Assembly: GCA_037446815.1 (NCBI GenBank)
Contig: JBBIHX010000002.1
Coordinates: 7,641 to 71,640, forward strand
Reading direction: 5' to 3'
Source: Caldilineae bacterium
GTDB taxonomy: Bacteria > Chloroflexota > Anaerolineae > DTLA01
DNA length: 64,000 nt
Below the pieces are notes generated by a model. It was not told where the DNA came from. It worked only from the letters and a program-made list of their open reading frames with translations, and ran no database searches. Position numbers and translations under genes: made by a program. Of the stretch, positions 40,728 through 51,300 are shown one piece after another. Numbering within the stretch: position 1 is the first letter of the stretch; each line of letters starts with the position of its first letter.

Positions 40728-40806
40728 AAATCAACATGACCCGCGTCATGGTCTTCCTCCCCGCACCCTGCTATACTTGTGCAAAATCCATTGGAGGAGG
40801 AATCCC

Positions 40807-41268
40807 ATGAGCAATATGCCTCAACCCGGCGAGGTCGCGCCGGACTTTGAACTCCCATCAGACAGCGGCCAGAGCGTTCGCCTCTCCGATTTCCGGGGCA
40901 AGAAGGTCGTCCTGTACTTCTACCCGAAGGACATGACCTCAGGCTGCACGAAGGAAGCGTGTTCCTTCAGGGACAACTACCCCCAATACGAGGAAGAAGG
41001 CGCGGTCATCCTCGGCGTCAGCCCCGACCCGCCCCAAAGCCATGTGCGCTTCAAGAGCACGTACAACCTGCCCTTCGTCCTCCTGTCCGACGAAGACCAC
41101 AAGGTCGCCGAAGCCTATGGCGTCTGGGGCGAAAAGCAGATGTACGGTCGCTCCTACTACGGCGTACTCCGAACCACCTTCGTTATCGGTGAGGATGGGA
41201 GAATCGCCAAGGTCTTCGCCAAGGTGAAACCCGACGGCCACGGGGAAGAGGTGCTGGAAGCGTTGTGA
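40807..41268 (+). CDS. bcp: Peroxiredoxin Bcp/PrxQ
   Basis: Peroxidatic Cys in PKDMTSGCTKEAC context. RBS ggaggagg. The tool ORF starts at 40573, inside the repeat. Confidence 0.85.
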   Translation: MSNMPQPGEVAPDFELPSDSGQSVRLSDFRGKKVVLYFYPKDMTSGCTKEACSFRDNYPQYEEEGAVILGVSPDPPQSHVRFKSTYNLPFVLLSDEDHKVAEAYGVWGEKQMYGRSYYGVLRTTFVIGEDGRIAKVFAKVKPDGHGEEVLEAL

Positions 41269-41280
41269 GAGGAGCCCTGC

Positions 41281-42867
41281 CTACGGCTCAATCCGCAACA
41301 AGGCGGGCTGCACCATCTCTATCCAATACCCTGCGCCAGGCGTCATCCGCGTCAGCGAATTCAATTCGGGCGGCACGGTGAAGTCGTACAGCAGCCATGG
41401 AGACTCCGGCTGGCTGGCCTGATACGTGTACACCCGCACGTACTTCCCCGCGATGGAACCCAGGGCGTCGGAGACCTCGCGGGCCTGAAGGGACGGATAG
41501 GCGATCAGATTGAGCCCTGTGATGAGCGGAATCTCGGCCGGCGTCGTGATGGGTAGGCCAGACACCGTCAGCGTGCACGGCTCCGTCGCGCGCAGCCAGA
41601 GCCCATACCGCAAGTCCACACTGTCCAGCCCGCCGGTCTGTGAAGCCAGAGCGGGCTGGTACACTTTCCAGCGCGCGTTGGATGCGAACGCGTCGTACTG
41701 CATGGCCATATCGTACCGCCCCGCGATGGAGGCGAAGACGTTGCTCGGCGCCGTATCGGTGATGACCAGCGGGATGGAAATCAAGTTCCAGCCCGCCTGC
41801 AGCGGCCAGGTAAACGAAGCGACGGGACTGGGCGTTGGCGTCGGCGTTGCGGTCGGCTCCGGTGTCGGCGTGGGCTGTATCCCAAGCAGGCCGATGCCGG
41901 TATAGTAGTGCCGCAGGATCTCGTCAAAGGTTGCGCCGCGTTTGGCCATGGCGATGGCGCCTTCCTGGCACATGCCCACACCGTGCCCCCAGAGCCACGT
42001 GTACCCGCACTCGCAGGCGACGCTGCGACAATACGGCAGCGCCTGCACCCACACATCCTCGCTGTTGCGGGTGCGGCCATCACAGTGCCCGAAGTAGAAA
42101 GCGCGGATGATGCTGCCGCGATACGCCGCGAACACGCCCCTCGTCTCCTCCACAGCCTGATCCGTTCGGGAGAAGTGGGTCGCCTTCCACACCTGGCAGT
42201 GCGTCGTCGTGCAGACATTGGCGCCCTGAGCGGCGTGATTCCACGACGTAACGGCGTAACTGCGCGCGGCGACTGCCTGAGCCTTCAGCGCCTCCATGGG
42301 GGCAGATGGCGGCAACTCCTGCGGCACCACGCCCTTCACGTATTCCTCCAGGTCCATTTCCACCACCTGGCCGTCCGGCATAAGGACGCGAATCGTAGAA
42401 GGAGCGGCGGCGATGCCCACGTTGAAATCGGGCGACCAGGCCTGCTCGGGCGGGGTAACCATGCGGCGGAACAGCGCCTCCTCCTGGGCGGGCGTCGGGT
42501 TCTCCACGACCAGGCCGAAATCCACACGGGTCGCGCGGCCGACCATCACCTGCACATGGGTCTGCGACATCGCCAGGTACCCCGGAGCGCGGAGGTTCAC
42601 CGTGTGCTGCCCCGGCGGCGCGCTGAGGGAATAATAGCCGCCCGCATCCGTGTACACGCCGCCTCGCACCCCCTCCAGGGATACGAAAGCGCCCTCCACA
42701 GGGAGATCCGTCAGGATGTCGCGCACCTGGCCGAAGATGATCCCGCCGTCAGCAGGCGGCACCAAGCCCGCGTCCGCGCCTGAAGTTGGCGACGCCGCCC
42801 ACGCGTTTGGGGCCCACAGAAGGCAAACAAACCCTACGACAACGAGAACCAAACGACGCATACCCAT
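41281..42867 (-). CDS. Secreted SpoIID/LytB-domain protein with an N-terminal carboxypeptidase-regulatory-like domain
   Basis: Signal peptide; SpoIID signature region ...AQAVAARSYAVTS...HCQVW...GHGVGMCQEGA. Confidence 0.75.
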   Translation of the reverse strand: MGMRRLVLVVVGFVCLLWAPNAWAASPTSGADAGLVPPADGGIIFGQVRDILTDLPVEGAFVSLEGVRGGVYTDAGGYYSLSAPPGQHTVNLRAPGYLAMSQTHVQVMVGRATRVDFGLVVENPTPAQEEALFRRMVTPPEQAWSPDFNVGIAAAPSTIRVLMPDGQVVEMDLEEYVKGVVPQELPPSAPMEALKAQAVAARSYAVTSWNHAAQGANVCTTTHCQVWKATHFSRTDQAVEETRGVFAAYRGSIIRAFYFGHCDGRTRNSEDVWVQALPYCRSVACECGYTWLWGHGVGMCQEGAIAMAKRGATFDEILRHYYTGIGLLGIQPTPTPEPTATPTPTPSPVASFTWPLQAGWNLISIPLVITDTAPSNVFASIAGRYDMAMQYDAFASNARWKVYQPALASQTGGLDSVDLRYGLWLRATEPCTLTVSGLPITTPAEIPLITGLNLIAYPSLQAREVSDALGSIAGKYVRVYTYQASQPESPWLLYDFTVPPELNSLTRMTPGAGYWIEMVQPALLRIEP

Positions 42868-42937
42868 AGCGCTTCCCTGGAGCGTAGTCGCGACTCACAA
42901 GAGAAAACGCGCCCAACCCCCAGGAGGTACGGGCGAA

Positions 42938-43825
42938 TCAGCGCCGCGCCGCCTTGAAAACCTGGAACCGATTGGCAACCATGATGCCCAGCAAAATCGC
43001 CCCCATGCCGATGACCGATGTCCAGCGGATGTCCTCGCCCAGCAACAGCCATCCCCAGAACAGCGCGCCGATGGGAATGATATAGGTTACCAGGGAGGCC
43101 TGAACCGCCCCGCCGTGTTCCAGAATCCAGTAGTAGATAAGGTAGGCGATCGCCGTGCCGAGAATGGCCAGTGCCAGCGTGGACGCCCACGCGCGGGGCG
43201 ACGGCGACAGCGCCAGCGGCCGCTCAAACGCAAAGGCCAGCGGTAGCGTGATGATAAACCCTGCCAGCAACATGCCCGTGGACAGCACGGCCGGCTCGTG
43301 CCCGCTCAGATGCCGCCGCGCGAAGACCGCAGCGATGGCGTAACTCAGGCCCGCGCCCACCACCGCCAGGTCACCCAGAACATTATGCATCACGCCGCCG
43401 CGAATGTCGGGAGCAAAGAGCACAATCACCCCCGCGAACCCGATGACAACCCCCGCCGCCTTGAACCCATCCATGCGCTCGTCGTTGCTCCAAAAGTGGG
43501 CCAGGATCACCGTGAACAGCGGCATCGTGCCGGTGAGTATGGCTGCTAGGGCGCTGGAGATGTGCAGTTCGCCCCAGTTGATGAGGCCGTACGGGATAAG
43601 GGTATTGAAAAGCCCCATGACGAACAGAGGCCGCCAGAGCGACCGAGGCGGGAACTGCCGTCCGCGCAGCAGTAGGTATGCGGCCAGCAACCCACCGCCC
43701 AACCCTGTGCGAAGCACCACGAAGGTCAAGGGGGTAATCTCCGCCACGCTCACCTTGATGAACATGTAGGAAGCGCCCCAAATCGTACCCAACAGGAGCA
43801 GCATGAACGCATTCTGCAACGGCAT
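42938..43825 (-). CDS. EamA/DMT family transporter
   Basis: 10-TM EamA duplication. The start is at MPLQNAF (ORF codon 117) with RBS ggggagag. The tool ORF extends to 44173. Confidence 0.75.
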   Translation of the reverse strand: MPLQNAFMLLLLGTIWGASYMFIKVSVAEITPLTFVVLRTGLGGGLLAAYLLLRGRQFPPRSLWRPLFVMGLFNTLIPYGLINWGELHISSALAAILTGTMPLFTVILAHFWSNDERMDGFKAAGVVIGFAGVIVLFAPDIRGGVMHNVLGDLAVVGAGLSYAIAAVFARRHLSGHEPAVLSTGMLLAGFIITLPLAFAFERPLALSPSPRAWASTLALAILGTAIAYLIYYWILEHGGAVQASLVTYIIPIGALFWGWLLLGEDIRWTSVIGMGAILLGIMVANRFQVFKAARR

Positions 43826-43878
43826 AGTCTCTCCCCTACGTGTGAAATGCGAGATGTGCAGCACTGCGCGCCGCTCGG

Positions 43879-44181
43879 CTAGAGCAGCGCGGAGATGAGC
43901 CAGTACGCCAACATGCCTGCCACAATCGTCAGCAGCACCGACCGCGTGCGCCAGGCAACTACCGCCCCCACTACGGCAGCGGGAATCTGAGGTCCCAGCG
44001 TGATCCGACGCTCCGCAAGGAGCACGGCGGGCGCGATGAGCGCAGACAGGATCGCCACGGGCACCAGTTGAAGCCAGCGGAAAACCGGCCGCGGAAGTTC
44101 CCGCGACAGGAGCGGCATCATCGCGAAGCGCGTCAGATACGTTACCAGCGCCATGCCGGCGAATACCACCCACGGATTCAC
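43879..44181 (-). CDS. azlD: AzlD branched-chain amino acid exporter small subunit
   Basis: ~100-aa hydrophobic AzlD-like protein. A GTG start overlaps the azlC stop. An alternative ATG is at 44154. Confidence 0.65.
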   Translation of the reverse strand: MNPWVVFAGMALVTYLTRFAMMPLLSRELPRPVFRWLQLVPVAILSALIAPAVLLAERRITLGPQIPAAVVGAVVAWRTRSVLLTIVAGMLAYWLISALL

Positions 44182-44876
44182 ACCCGCTTGCCTCCTCCGC
44201 GTGCGGCGGCCAGACCCACCAGCGACCCGAGAATCCCCGCGACGATGATGTGCCAATTTCCAGGCAGGTACAAAGCGCCCACCACCGCCGACGCCCCCGC
44301 GACCGCAGCCGCCACAGCCGACGCCCAGCCCTTGAAGAACGATGCGACCAGCCCGATAAACGCCAACGGGAAGACCATCTCCAGCCCGTAGCGGGTCAGG
44401 TCGGGGATGGATTGCCCCGCCAGCGCCCCCAGGAAGCCCGACGGCCACCACGTCAGCCAGATGCAGAGGTTCGCGCCGAGAAAATACCACTCGCTGCCCT
44501 TCCCCCGCTCGTACGCCGCGATGGCCATGGCGTAGGACTCGTCAGACATCCACAGGGCCAAGAGCATCTTCCATCGCAGCGGAAGCCGGTTGAGATACGG
44601 CGCGATGGAAGCGCCCATCAGCAGATGGCGCAGATTGATAATCAACGTCGTCAGGACGATGGCGCCTGGGCTGGAGGAGGCCCACATGCCCAGCGCGGTG
44701 AACTGCGACGAGCCTGCGTGGACAATGGCCGACATGCCGGCCGTCTCCACCGGCGAGAGGCCGATAGCCCTCGCCGCGACGCCGTACACCAGGCCAAAGA
44801 CCACCACGCCCGGCGTCAGCGGCAACGTATCCAGGAAACCGCGTACCAATAGGGCAGGCCCACGTCTTGCGCTCAT
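44178..44876 (-). CDS. azlC: AzlC branched-chain amino acid exporter subunit
   Basis: AzlC family motifs and length (232 aa), with azlD immediately downstream. Confidence 0.8.
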   Translation of the reverse strand: MSARRGPALLVRGFLDTLPLTPGVVVFGLVYGVAARAIGLSPVETAGMSAIVHAGSSQFTALGMWASSSPGAIVLTTLIINLRHLLMGASIAPYLNRLPLRWKMLLALWMSDESYAMAIAAYERGKGSEWYFLGANLCIWLTWWPSGFLGALAGQSIPDLTRYGLEMVFPLAFIGLVASFFKGWASAVAAAVAGASAVVGALYLPGNWHIIVAGILGSLVGLAAARGGGKRV

Positions 44877-44922
44877 TAGCGTTGTATGATACTATTCCGC
44901 GGCCAGAACGCAAAACGGCGAG

Positions 44923-45699
44923 GTGGCCCGCATGACATCATTCCTGAACGCGGACAACGTCATCCTTCTCGCAGCCATCGCCACATTGGGCACCGGCATC
45001 GCCACGGGTCTGGGCGCGCTGCCCGCCCTGCTCACGGTGCGCGTCAGCGACAAGTTGCTGGATGGCCTGCTTGGGTTTGCAGCGGGGGTCATGCTCGCCG
45101 CCACGTCCTTCAGCCTGCTCCTGCCGTCCATTGAAGCCGGAGGCGTGTGGGTTACCGTCACGGGGCTTCTCATCGGGGCCGCGTTTGTTGCCCTGATGGA
45201 CAGGGTCGTGCCTCACGTGCACTTCATCTCCGGCGCGGAAGGCCCGCCTTCGGCCACGTTGAAACGCATCACGCTGCTCATTCTCGCCATCACCATTCAC
45301 AACTTCCCCGAAGGCATGGCCGTGGGGGTTGGGTTTGGTAGCGAGAAGATGGACGTCGCCGTTGCGCTGGCCATTGCCATCGGCCTGCAGAACATGCCCG
45401 AAGGGCTGGCCGTGGCGCTCCCGCTCATGCGCGAGGGCTACTCGCGCTGGAAAGCGGTACTATACGCCCTGATGTCGGGCTTGGTGGAGCCCATCGGCGG
45501 CATCTTGGGCGCGGCGCTGGTATCGGTCGCGCACCCGCTCCTGCCCTGGGGGCTGAGTTTCGCCGCCGGGGCCATGCTCTACGTCATCAGCGAGGAGATG
45601 ATCCCCGAGACGCACCGAAAGGGATTCGCCAAGGTCGGCACGACGGGGCTTCTCGCCGGCTTTGTCGTGATGATGGTGCTGGACAACCTATTCGGCTAG
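44923..45699 (+). CDS. ZIP family metal cation transporter (ZupT-like)
   Basis: HNFPEG and GLQNMPEG metal-binding motifs. An alternative ATG start is at 44932. Confidence 0.85.
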   Translation: MARMTSFLNADNVILLAAIATLGTGIATGLGALPALLTVRVSDKLLDGLLGFAAGVMLAATSFSLLLPSIEAGGVWVTVTGLLIGAAFVALMDRVVPHVHFISGAEGPPSATLKRITLLILAITIHNFPEGMAVGVGFGSEKMDVAVALAIAIGLQNMPEGLAVALPLMREGYSRWKAVLYALMSGLVEPIGGILGAALVSVAHPLLPWGLSFAAGAMLYVISEEMIPETHRKGFAKVGTTGLLAGFVVMMVLDNLFG

Positions 45700-45730
45700 G
45701 CCGGCCGAGCCGTGGTGGTGCGAGGCCATC

Positions 45731-46930
45731 TCATGCCTGCTTCAGCGCACGGGCGAACCGCGCCCCGAATTCCTCCGCGGCGGCCAAATCCTCCCGCGTC
45801 GGCCCGCCGCGGAATTCCAGCGTCTCCACCAGTTCCCACTTGAGCGGGGTGATGAGATCGGTCAGTTCCTTTTGCGCGCCGCCGCTCCAGCCATAACTCC
45901 CGAACCACGCCGCTTTCTTGTTCAGGACCCGCTTGCGCGCCGCGATGTCCAGCAGGTGCGCCATCGGGGGGAACAACCCCACTTCATACGTCGGCGCGCC
46001 CATCATCACGCCCGACTTGGTCCACAGAGAAGGCAGAATGTAACTGTAGTGGGTGCGCGCAACATCAAAGACCCCTATCGGCACGTCCTCGCGCGAAATG
46101 CCCTGGGCCACGGCGTTCATCATCTTTTCCGTGTTCCCGTACATTGAGCCATACACCAACGTAACGCCCGGCTCCGCTGGCTCTGTCGCATAGCGCGCCC
46201 ACTGGGCGTACAGGTCCACGATGCGCTGCGGAGACTTGCGCCAAATGAGCCCATGGGACGGCGCAATCACCTCCACAGGCGTTGACTGCAGTTTCTTGAT
46301 GGCGCGGAGCACAGGGCCGCTGAACTTCGCCACGATGTTCACGTAGTACCGCAGCGCCTCGCGCTCGTAGAAACTCATGTCCACGCACTGGTCATCAAAG
46401 ATCGCGCCGCGAAGCGCGCCGTAACCGCCGAAAGCGTCGCCCGAGAAAAGCACCTTCTCGCCCTGGTCGTAGGTCATCATCGTCTCCGGCCAGTGCACGA
46501 AGGGCGTGGAAAAGAACTGCAGCGTATGGCGGCCCAAGTCAAGCGTGTCTCCATCTTGCACCACGCGGACCGTTTCGGCATCCCCGTAGAACGCCCCCAG
46601 CAATTCCTTCGTCTTCTCCGTGCCGAGAATCGTCGCGCGGGGCGCCAATCGGCGGAAGAGCGTCAGCAGCCCCGAGTGGTCCGGCTCAATGTGATTGACG
46701 ACGATGTAGTCAATCGCGTCCAGTTCGGCCAACTCGGCAACCTGGCCAAGAAACTCATCGGCTTTGAATGCCTTGGCCAGGTCTATCAGGGCAACCTTCT
46801 CATCCCGGATGAGATACGCATTGTAGGAAACGCCGGTCTGGTCAATGGGCCAGAGACCTTCAAACAGGTCAGTGGTCCTGTCATTGACGCCAATCCAGTA
46901 GATGTCGGGGCGAACTTGCACAACGCTCAT
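45731..46930 (-). CDS. Flavodiiron protein (metallo-beta-lactamase-like diiron domain + flavodoxin domain)
   Basis: HxExDH-type diiron motif (NHIEPDHSG), C-terminal flavodoxin (VYGSMYGNTEK). The start is at MSVVQV (ORF codon 34) with RBS aggagg. Confidence 0.85.
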   Translation of the reverse strand: MSVVQVRPDIYWIGVNDRTTDLFEGLWPIDQTGVSYNAYLIRDEKVALIDLAKAFKADEFLGQVAELAELDAIDYIVVNHIEPDHSGLLTLFRRLAPRATILGTEKTKELLGAFYGDAETVRVVQDGDTLDLGRHTLQFFSTPFVHWPETMMTYDQGEKVLFSGDAFGGYGALRGAIFDDQCVDMSFYEREALRYYVNIVAKFSGPVLRAIKKLQSTPVEVIAPSHGLIWRKSPQRIVDLYAQWARYATEPAEPGVTLVYGSMYGNTEKMMNAVAQGISREDVPIGVFDVARTHYSYILPSLWTKSGVMMGAPTYEVGLFPPMAHLLDIAARKRVLNKKAAWFGSYGWSGGAQKELTDLITPLKWELVETLEFRGGPTREDLAAAEEFGARFARALKQA

Positions 46931-47070
46931 GACGTTACCTCCTGATGCGATGCCTTCTCGTTCCACCGCACATGATACCCCACCTATGCGAGTTTTGCAA
47001 AGCCCATTCACACGGAACTGAAACCGCACCCGTGCCGTTCACCAACACAGCCCCGAATCACGCCCTGGAC

Positions 47071-47216
47071 TCGGTTCCAAACTGTGTTGGTGAAACGCAG
47101 ACACACTCTCCTCACGTGTCATTGCGAGCGAAGCGAAGCAATCGCACGTCCCGGAGATTGCTTCGGGCGCTCCGCGCCCTCGCAATGACAGCCACCAACA
47201 GACTTTGGAACCGAAC
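47071..47216 (-). repeat. Family-A palindromic element, copy A4 (inverted relative to A1-A3)
   Basis: tcggttccaaactgtgttggtgaa...gtcattgcgagcgaagcgaagcaatc...gattgcttcgggcgctccgcgccctcgcaatgac...ccaacagactttggaaccga. Confidence 0.85.
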
Positions 47217-47327
47217 CACGCCCTGCACGCCTTTGACAAAGGGCCGTCCGGATAGTAGAATGCGTCCAGATGGCCCATCTGCCGGGACTCGGCCCGATGG
47301 CCATCCCGACAACTCCGGAGATCTTCT

Positions 47328-48326
47328 GTGATTGCCAATCATGCGGAGAGCACGCTTCACGTCTTTGTTGAGGTGCGGCCCCCTCACGCCATGGGGCGTG
47401 GCGCACCGCCGCTCCTCGCCAATGCCCGCCACCGCGCCGCACTACGGATGGCCCAAGCGGCCCAGGCGTGCGGCGCCCGCGCGGCACTGCTGAACGGAGG
47501 CCGCCGATTCTCTCGTGCGGCGGCGCATGGGAATGCCCTCTGGGTCCGATGGGGCGGGGGAGCGTTGCTGGACGGCGAGGCCATACGCCGCTTGGGTTCC
47601 GCCGCGAGCGACGGCTGCATCTGGGGCAACCGTACCCCCAACGCGGACCTGTGGGCGTTTCCGGCGCGGACATGGCCGCAGCCCGGCAGCGCGCCGCAGA
47701 GATTCTTCCCGCCCTCTGCCGCAACGATGTTCCGCCTTGCCACCGCCGCAGACCTCTGCCTGCTCGCCGCGCTGGGCCCGCACGAACTGGCGCGCGATGC
47801 TGGGCGCGTCGCAGCTCCCGCCGTACTCCACAACATCCGCGCCGCTACGCGCCTGTTGACCCGTCGCACCGCCGAACTGGTTGTCGTAGGAGACACAGGC
47901 GCCGACGGATGGCATCACCTGGAGCAAGAGACCGCTTGCCGCGTTCGGCTTCTGGGCGATGCGCGCGGCGGATTGCTCGCCCATCTGCTCGCATCGGTGG
48001 GAGCCGAGCGTTTCGTCCGCTACCTATCCGAACTGGGCCAGGCACTCCTGGTCAACACCCGCATCCTGTTCGGAGAATCCGCCCCACCAACGCCGCGCGA
48101 CTTCTTCTACTCGGACATGGGGCTGACCGAGCGCATCGCCCATCGCGGGCTACGGGCGCTCACCGAAGCGCTGATTGGCGGCGACCGGCCAGCCATCCTG
48201 GGCGGCCAAAGCCTGCTCACGGGCGGCGTGTACCTGCTGATAGAACGCGCGTGGGAGGGCGAGGAATTGCCACGGCAGTACGAAACCCTCGCCATGCCCT
48301 CCGCCAAGCAAACCACAAAGGAGTGA
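47328..48326 (+). CDS. Hypothetical protein, possibly translationally coupled to the downstream SHMT-GcvT gene
   Basis: 332-aa ORF with a GTG start. It ends 5 nt before the 48331 start. No recognisable motif; coding status is uncertain. Confidence 0.4.
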   Translation: MIANHAESTLHVFVEVRPPHAMGRGAPPLLANARHRAALRMAQAAQACGARAALLNGGRRFSRAAAHGNALWVRWGGGALLDGEAIRRLGSAASDGCIWGNRTPNADLWAFPARTWPQPGSAPQRFFPPSAATMFRLATAADLCLLAALGPHELARDAGRVAAPAVLHNIRAATRLLTRRTAELVVVGDTGADGWHHLEQETACRVRLLGDARGGLLAHLLASVGAERFVRYLSELGQALLVNTRILFGESAPPTPRDFFYSDMGLTERIAHRGLRALTEALIGGDRPAILGGQSLLTGGVYLLIERAWEGEELPRQYETLAMPSAKQTTKE

Positions 48327-48330
48327 GGAA

Positions 48331-51300
48331 ATGCAAAACCGTCGCGATTTCCTGTTCCAGGGCCCCTTGGCCCTGCTAGACCCTGACGTTCAGGCGCTGA
48401 TTGACCTGGAAAGGGAGCGCCAATCTCGGCGAATCATCTTGATTCCCTCGGAGAGCATGGCCCCCGCTGCCGTGCGCGAGGCGCTTTCCTCCGAGTTCTC
48501 CCACATCTACGCCGAAGGGTATCCCCCGACGCGGATGACGCGCGAACCCGAGGACCTGCTGCTGGATCACGACTATCAACTGGCGCACTATCGCCGCTAC
48601 GCGGACCGTCGCTTCTACAAGGGCGCAGATTATGTCAACTTTGTGGAAGCCCTGGCCCAGCGCCGCGCCGCAGCCTGCTTCGCCAACGACCGCGTGCGCG
48701 CTGACCAAATCTTCGTCAACGTCCAGCCCCTCTCCGGCGCCGCCGCCAACAACGCCATCTACGAGGCATTTGTCAGGCCCGGCGACACCGTGATGGGCAT
48801 GAACCTGATGCACGGCGGCCACCTCACACACGGCAGCCAATTCAACCGCTCGGGCAAGCAATACCGCATCGTGTCCTACACCGTTGACCCGAAAACCGAG
48901 CGGTTGGACTACGATGCCATCCGCGAGTTGGCCCTCCAGCACCGCCCGAAGATGATCATCGCGGGCTACACCTCCTACCCGTGGGCCCCGGACTGGGAGA
49001 AGTTCCGCGACATCGCCGATGCGGTCGGGGCCATCCTCATGGCCGACATCGCCCACACCGCCGGCATGGTCATCGGCGGCGTGTATCCCAGCCCGGTGGG
49101 CATTGCCGATGTTACCGTCTTCACCACGCACAAGACCATCTGTGGCCCGCGCGCAGCCGTCATCCTGACAACGTCGGAGGAACACGCCGCGAGGGTTGAC
49201 AACGCCGTGTTCCCCGGCGAGCAGGGCGGGCCTCATGTCAACACCTTCGCCGCCCTCGCCGTCGCCTTCAAACTCGCCCAGACGCCGCAATTTGCCGCGC
49301 TCCAGAGGCAGATTGTCGTCAACGCGCGGGCGCTGGCCCAGAGCCTACAGCATCGCGGCCTGCGCCTGGCCTATGGCGGCACCGACACGCACCTCCTCCT
49401 CGTGGACCTCAAGTCGGTCAAATCGGCGAACGGCGAGTTCCCCAGGGGCGAAGTAGCCGCCCGCCTGCTGGAAATCTGCGGCATCATCGTCAACAAGAAC
49501 ACAATCCCCGGCGATGAAATCACTGCCCTTGCCAGCGGCATTCGGCTCGGCACCCCGTGGGTTACGCAGCGGGGCATGCGCGAGCAGGACATGGACCAAA
49601 TCGCCGATTTCATCTTCCGCGTCGTGAGGGAGATTCGCCCGTTCCAGTACCTCGGTCTCAGCGGCGTACTCCCGCGCGGCAAAGTTCCCTTCTCCCTGAT
49701 TCGGCAGGTGCGGCGCGAGGTGGACGAGTTTGCGTCGCGCTTCGAGCCGAAAACCGAGCAGCGGTCCGCGTACCCCCATTACCACCTGCCCCCCGCGGAG
49801 AAACCGCCCGCCTGGCTGGCCCAGGCCCACGAAGCGGATACGGCCGCGGTCTCGCACGCCTTGCGCGAAGGCGCAGCCGTGATTGACCCCTCGCATTTCA
49901 CCGTGCTCCTGGTGCGCGGCGCTCGGGCGCGGGCATTCCTGCAAGAGGCCTCCACCGCGAACCTGGCGACGCTGGAGCCGGGTCGGGCAGCCCATGCCGC
50001 GCTTCTGGATGGCGATGGCCGGCTGCTGGATGACGTGCTCATCATCCGCCTGGCTCCGACGCCGCGCGGCGAAGACTGCTACTACGTGGTGGCCAACGCC
50101 GCCAACGCCGACACCGTCAGGGACTGGTTCCGAGCCTTGAGCGATGGCTATGTGCTCTTTGACAATCACGATGTGCTCCGCAAAGTGCAAGGCCCTGCTG
50201 TTGTGGTGGACGCCACTGCCGAAGCACAAGCCCCGGACGCCGCACGGGTGGCCGTGGCCGTCGTGGGGCCGGCGGCAAGCGCGCTTGTGGAGGCGGCTGT
50301 GTCGCCGAGCCGCGGCGACAGCAACCCCGCAGAAGCGCCGGTTGCCGAGAGGATTCGGCTGATCGGCCCCGTGCCCTTCCTGCGCGACGGATTCCTGTGC
50401 GTGGGCGACCCCGACGCCGTGCGTGCCCTGGAGGAGCGACTCTTGCAGGCAGGCGCGGTGCCCGGCGGCAGGAGCGCCTGGCTTGCCGCGCGGCGGGCGG
50501 CGGGACTGCCCACCTATGACGGCGACGCGCCTCGCCCCAGCGGCCTGGCCCTGCTCCAGGGCGGGCACGAGCGCATGTTTGACCTGCGCAAGCCCTACTT
50601 CGTGGGACAGGATTCTCTGGCCCCCTCGGCCCCTGTGGAACGATTGCCCGAGTTCGTGTGGCAACCGCTGGAGAACGAAGAACTCAAGCGCACCCCCCTA
50701 TACGAAGAGCACAAGAAGCGCACACGCAAGTTGATTCCCTTCGCCGGCTGGGAGATGCCGGTCTGGTACACCAGCGTAAGCGAAGAACATGCCGCCGTTC
50801 GCAAGGCCGCCGGGCTCTTTGACGTGGCCCACATGGGAGTGCTTGAGGTCTCAGGCTCCCACGCCTCCGCGTTCCTGGATGTGGTGGCCTCCAACTACGT
50901 GCGCTGGCTGGAGCCGGGGCAGTCCCAGTACGCCTACCTGCTGGACCCCGACGGCAACGTGCTGGACGATGTCATCATCTACTGCCTGACCCGCGAACGC
51001 TACATGATGGTGGTCAACGCAGCCAATGCCGACAAAGACTGGGCCTGGCTCAACGCGGTGAACGAGGGGCGCGTGCTCATTGACCGCAGCCGCCCATATG
51101 TGCGCGTTGAGACGCCGGCCGTTCTGCGAGACCTGAAAGACCCGCGCTGGGGCAAGGATTGCCGGGTTGACCTGGCGCTGCAAGGCCCTGCGTCGCTGGC
51201 TATTCTGCAAAGCCTTGCCCGCCACGCCCGGCAGGCCACGGATTTGGCCCACATCCGCCGCACCGAGTTGATAGAGACCACCCTCGCGGGCATGCCCATC

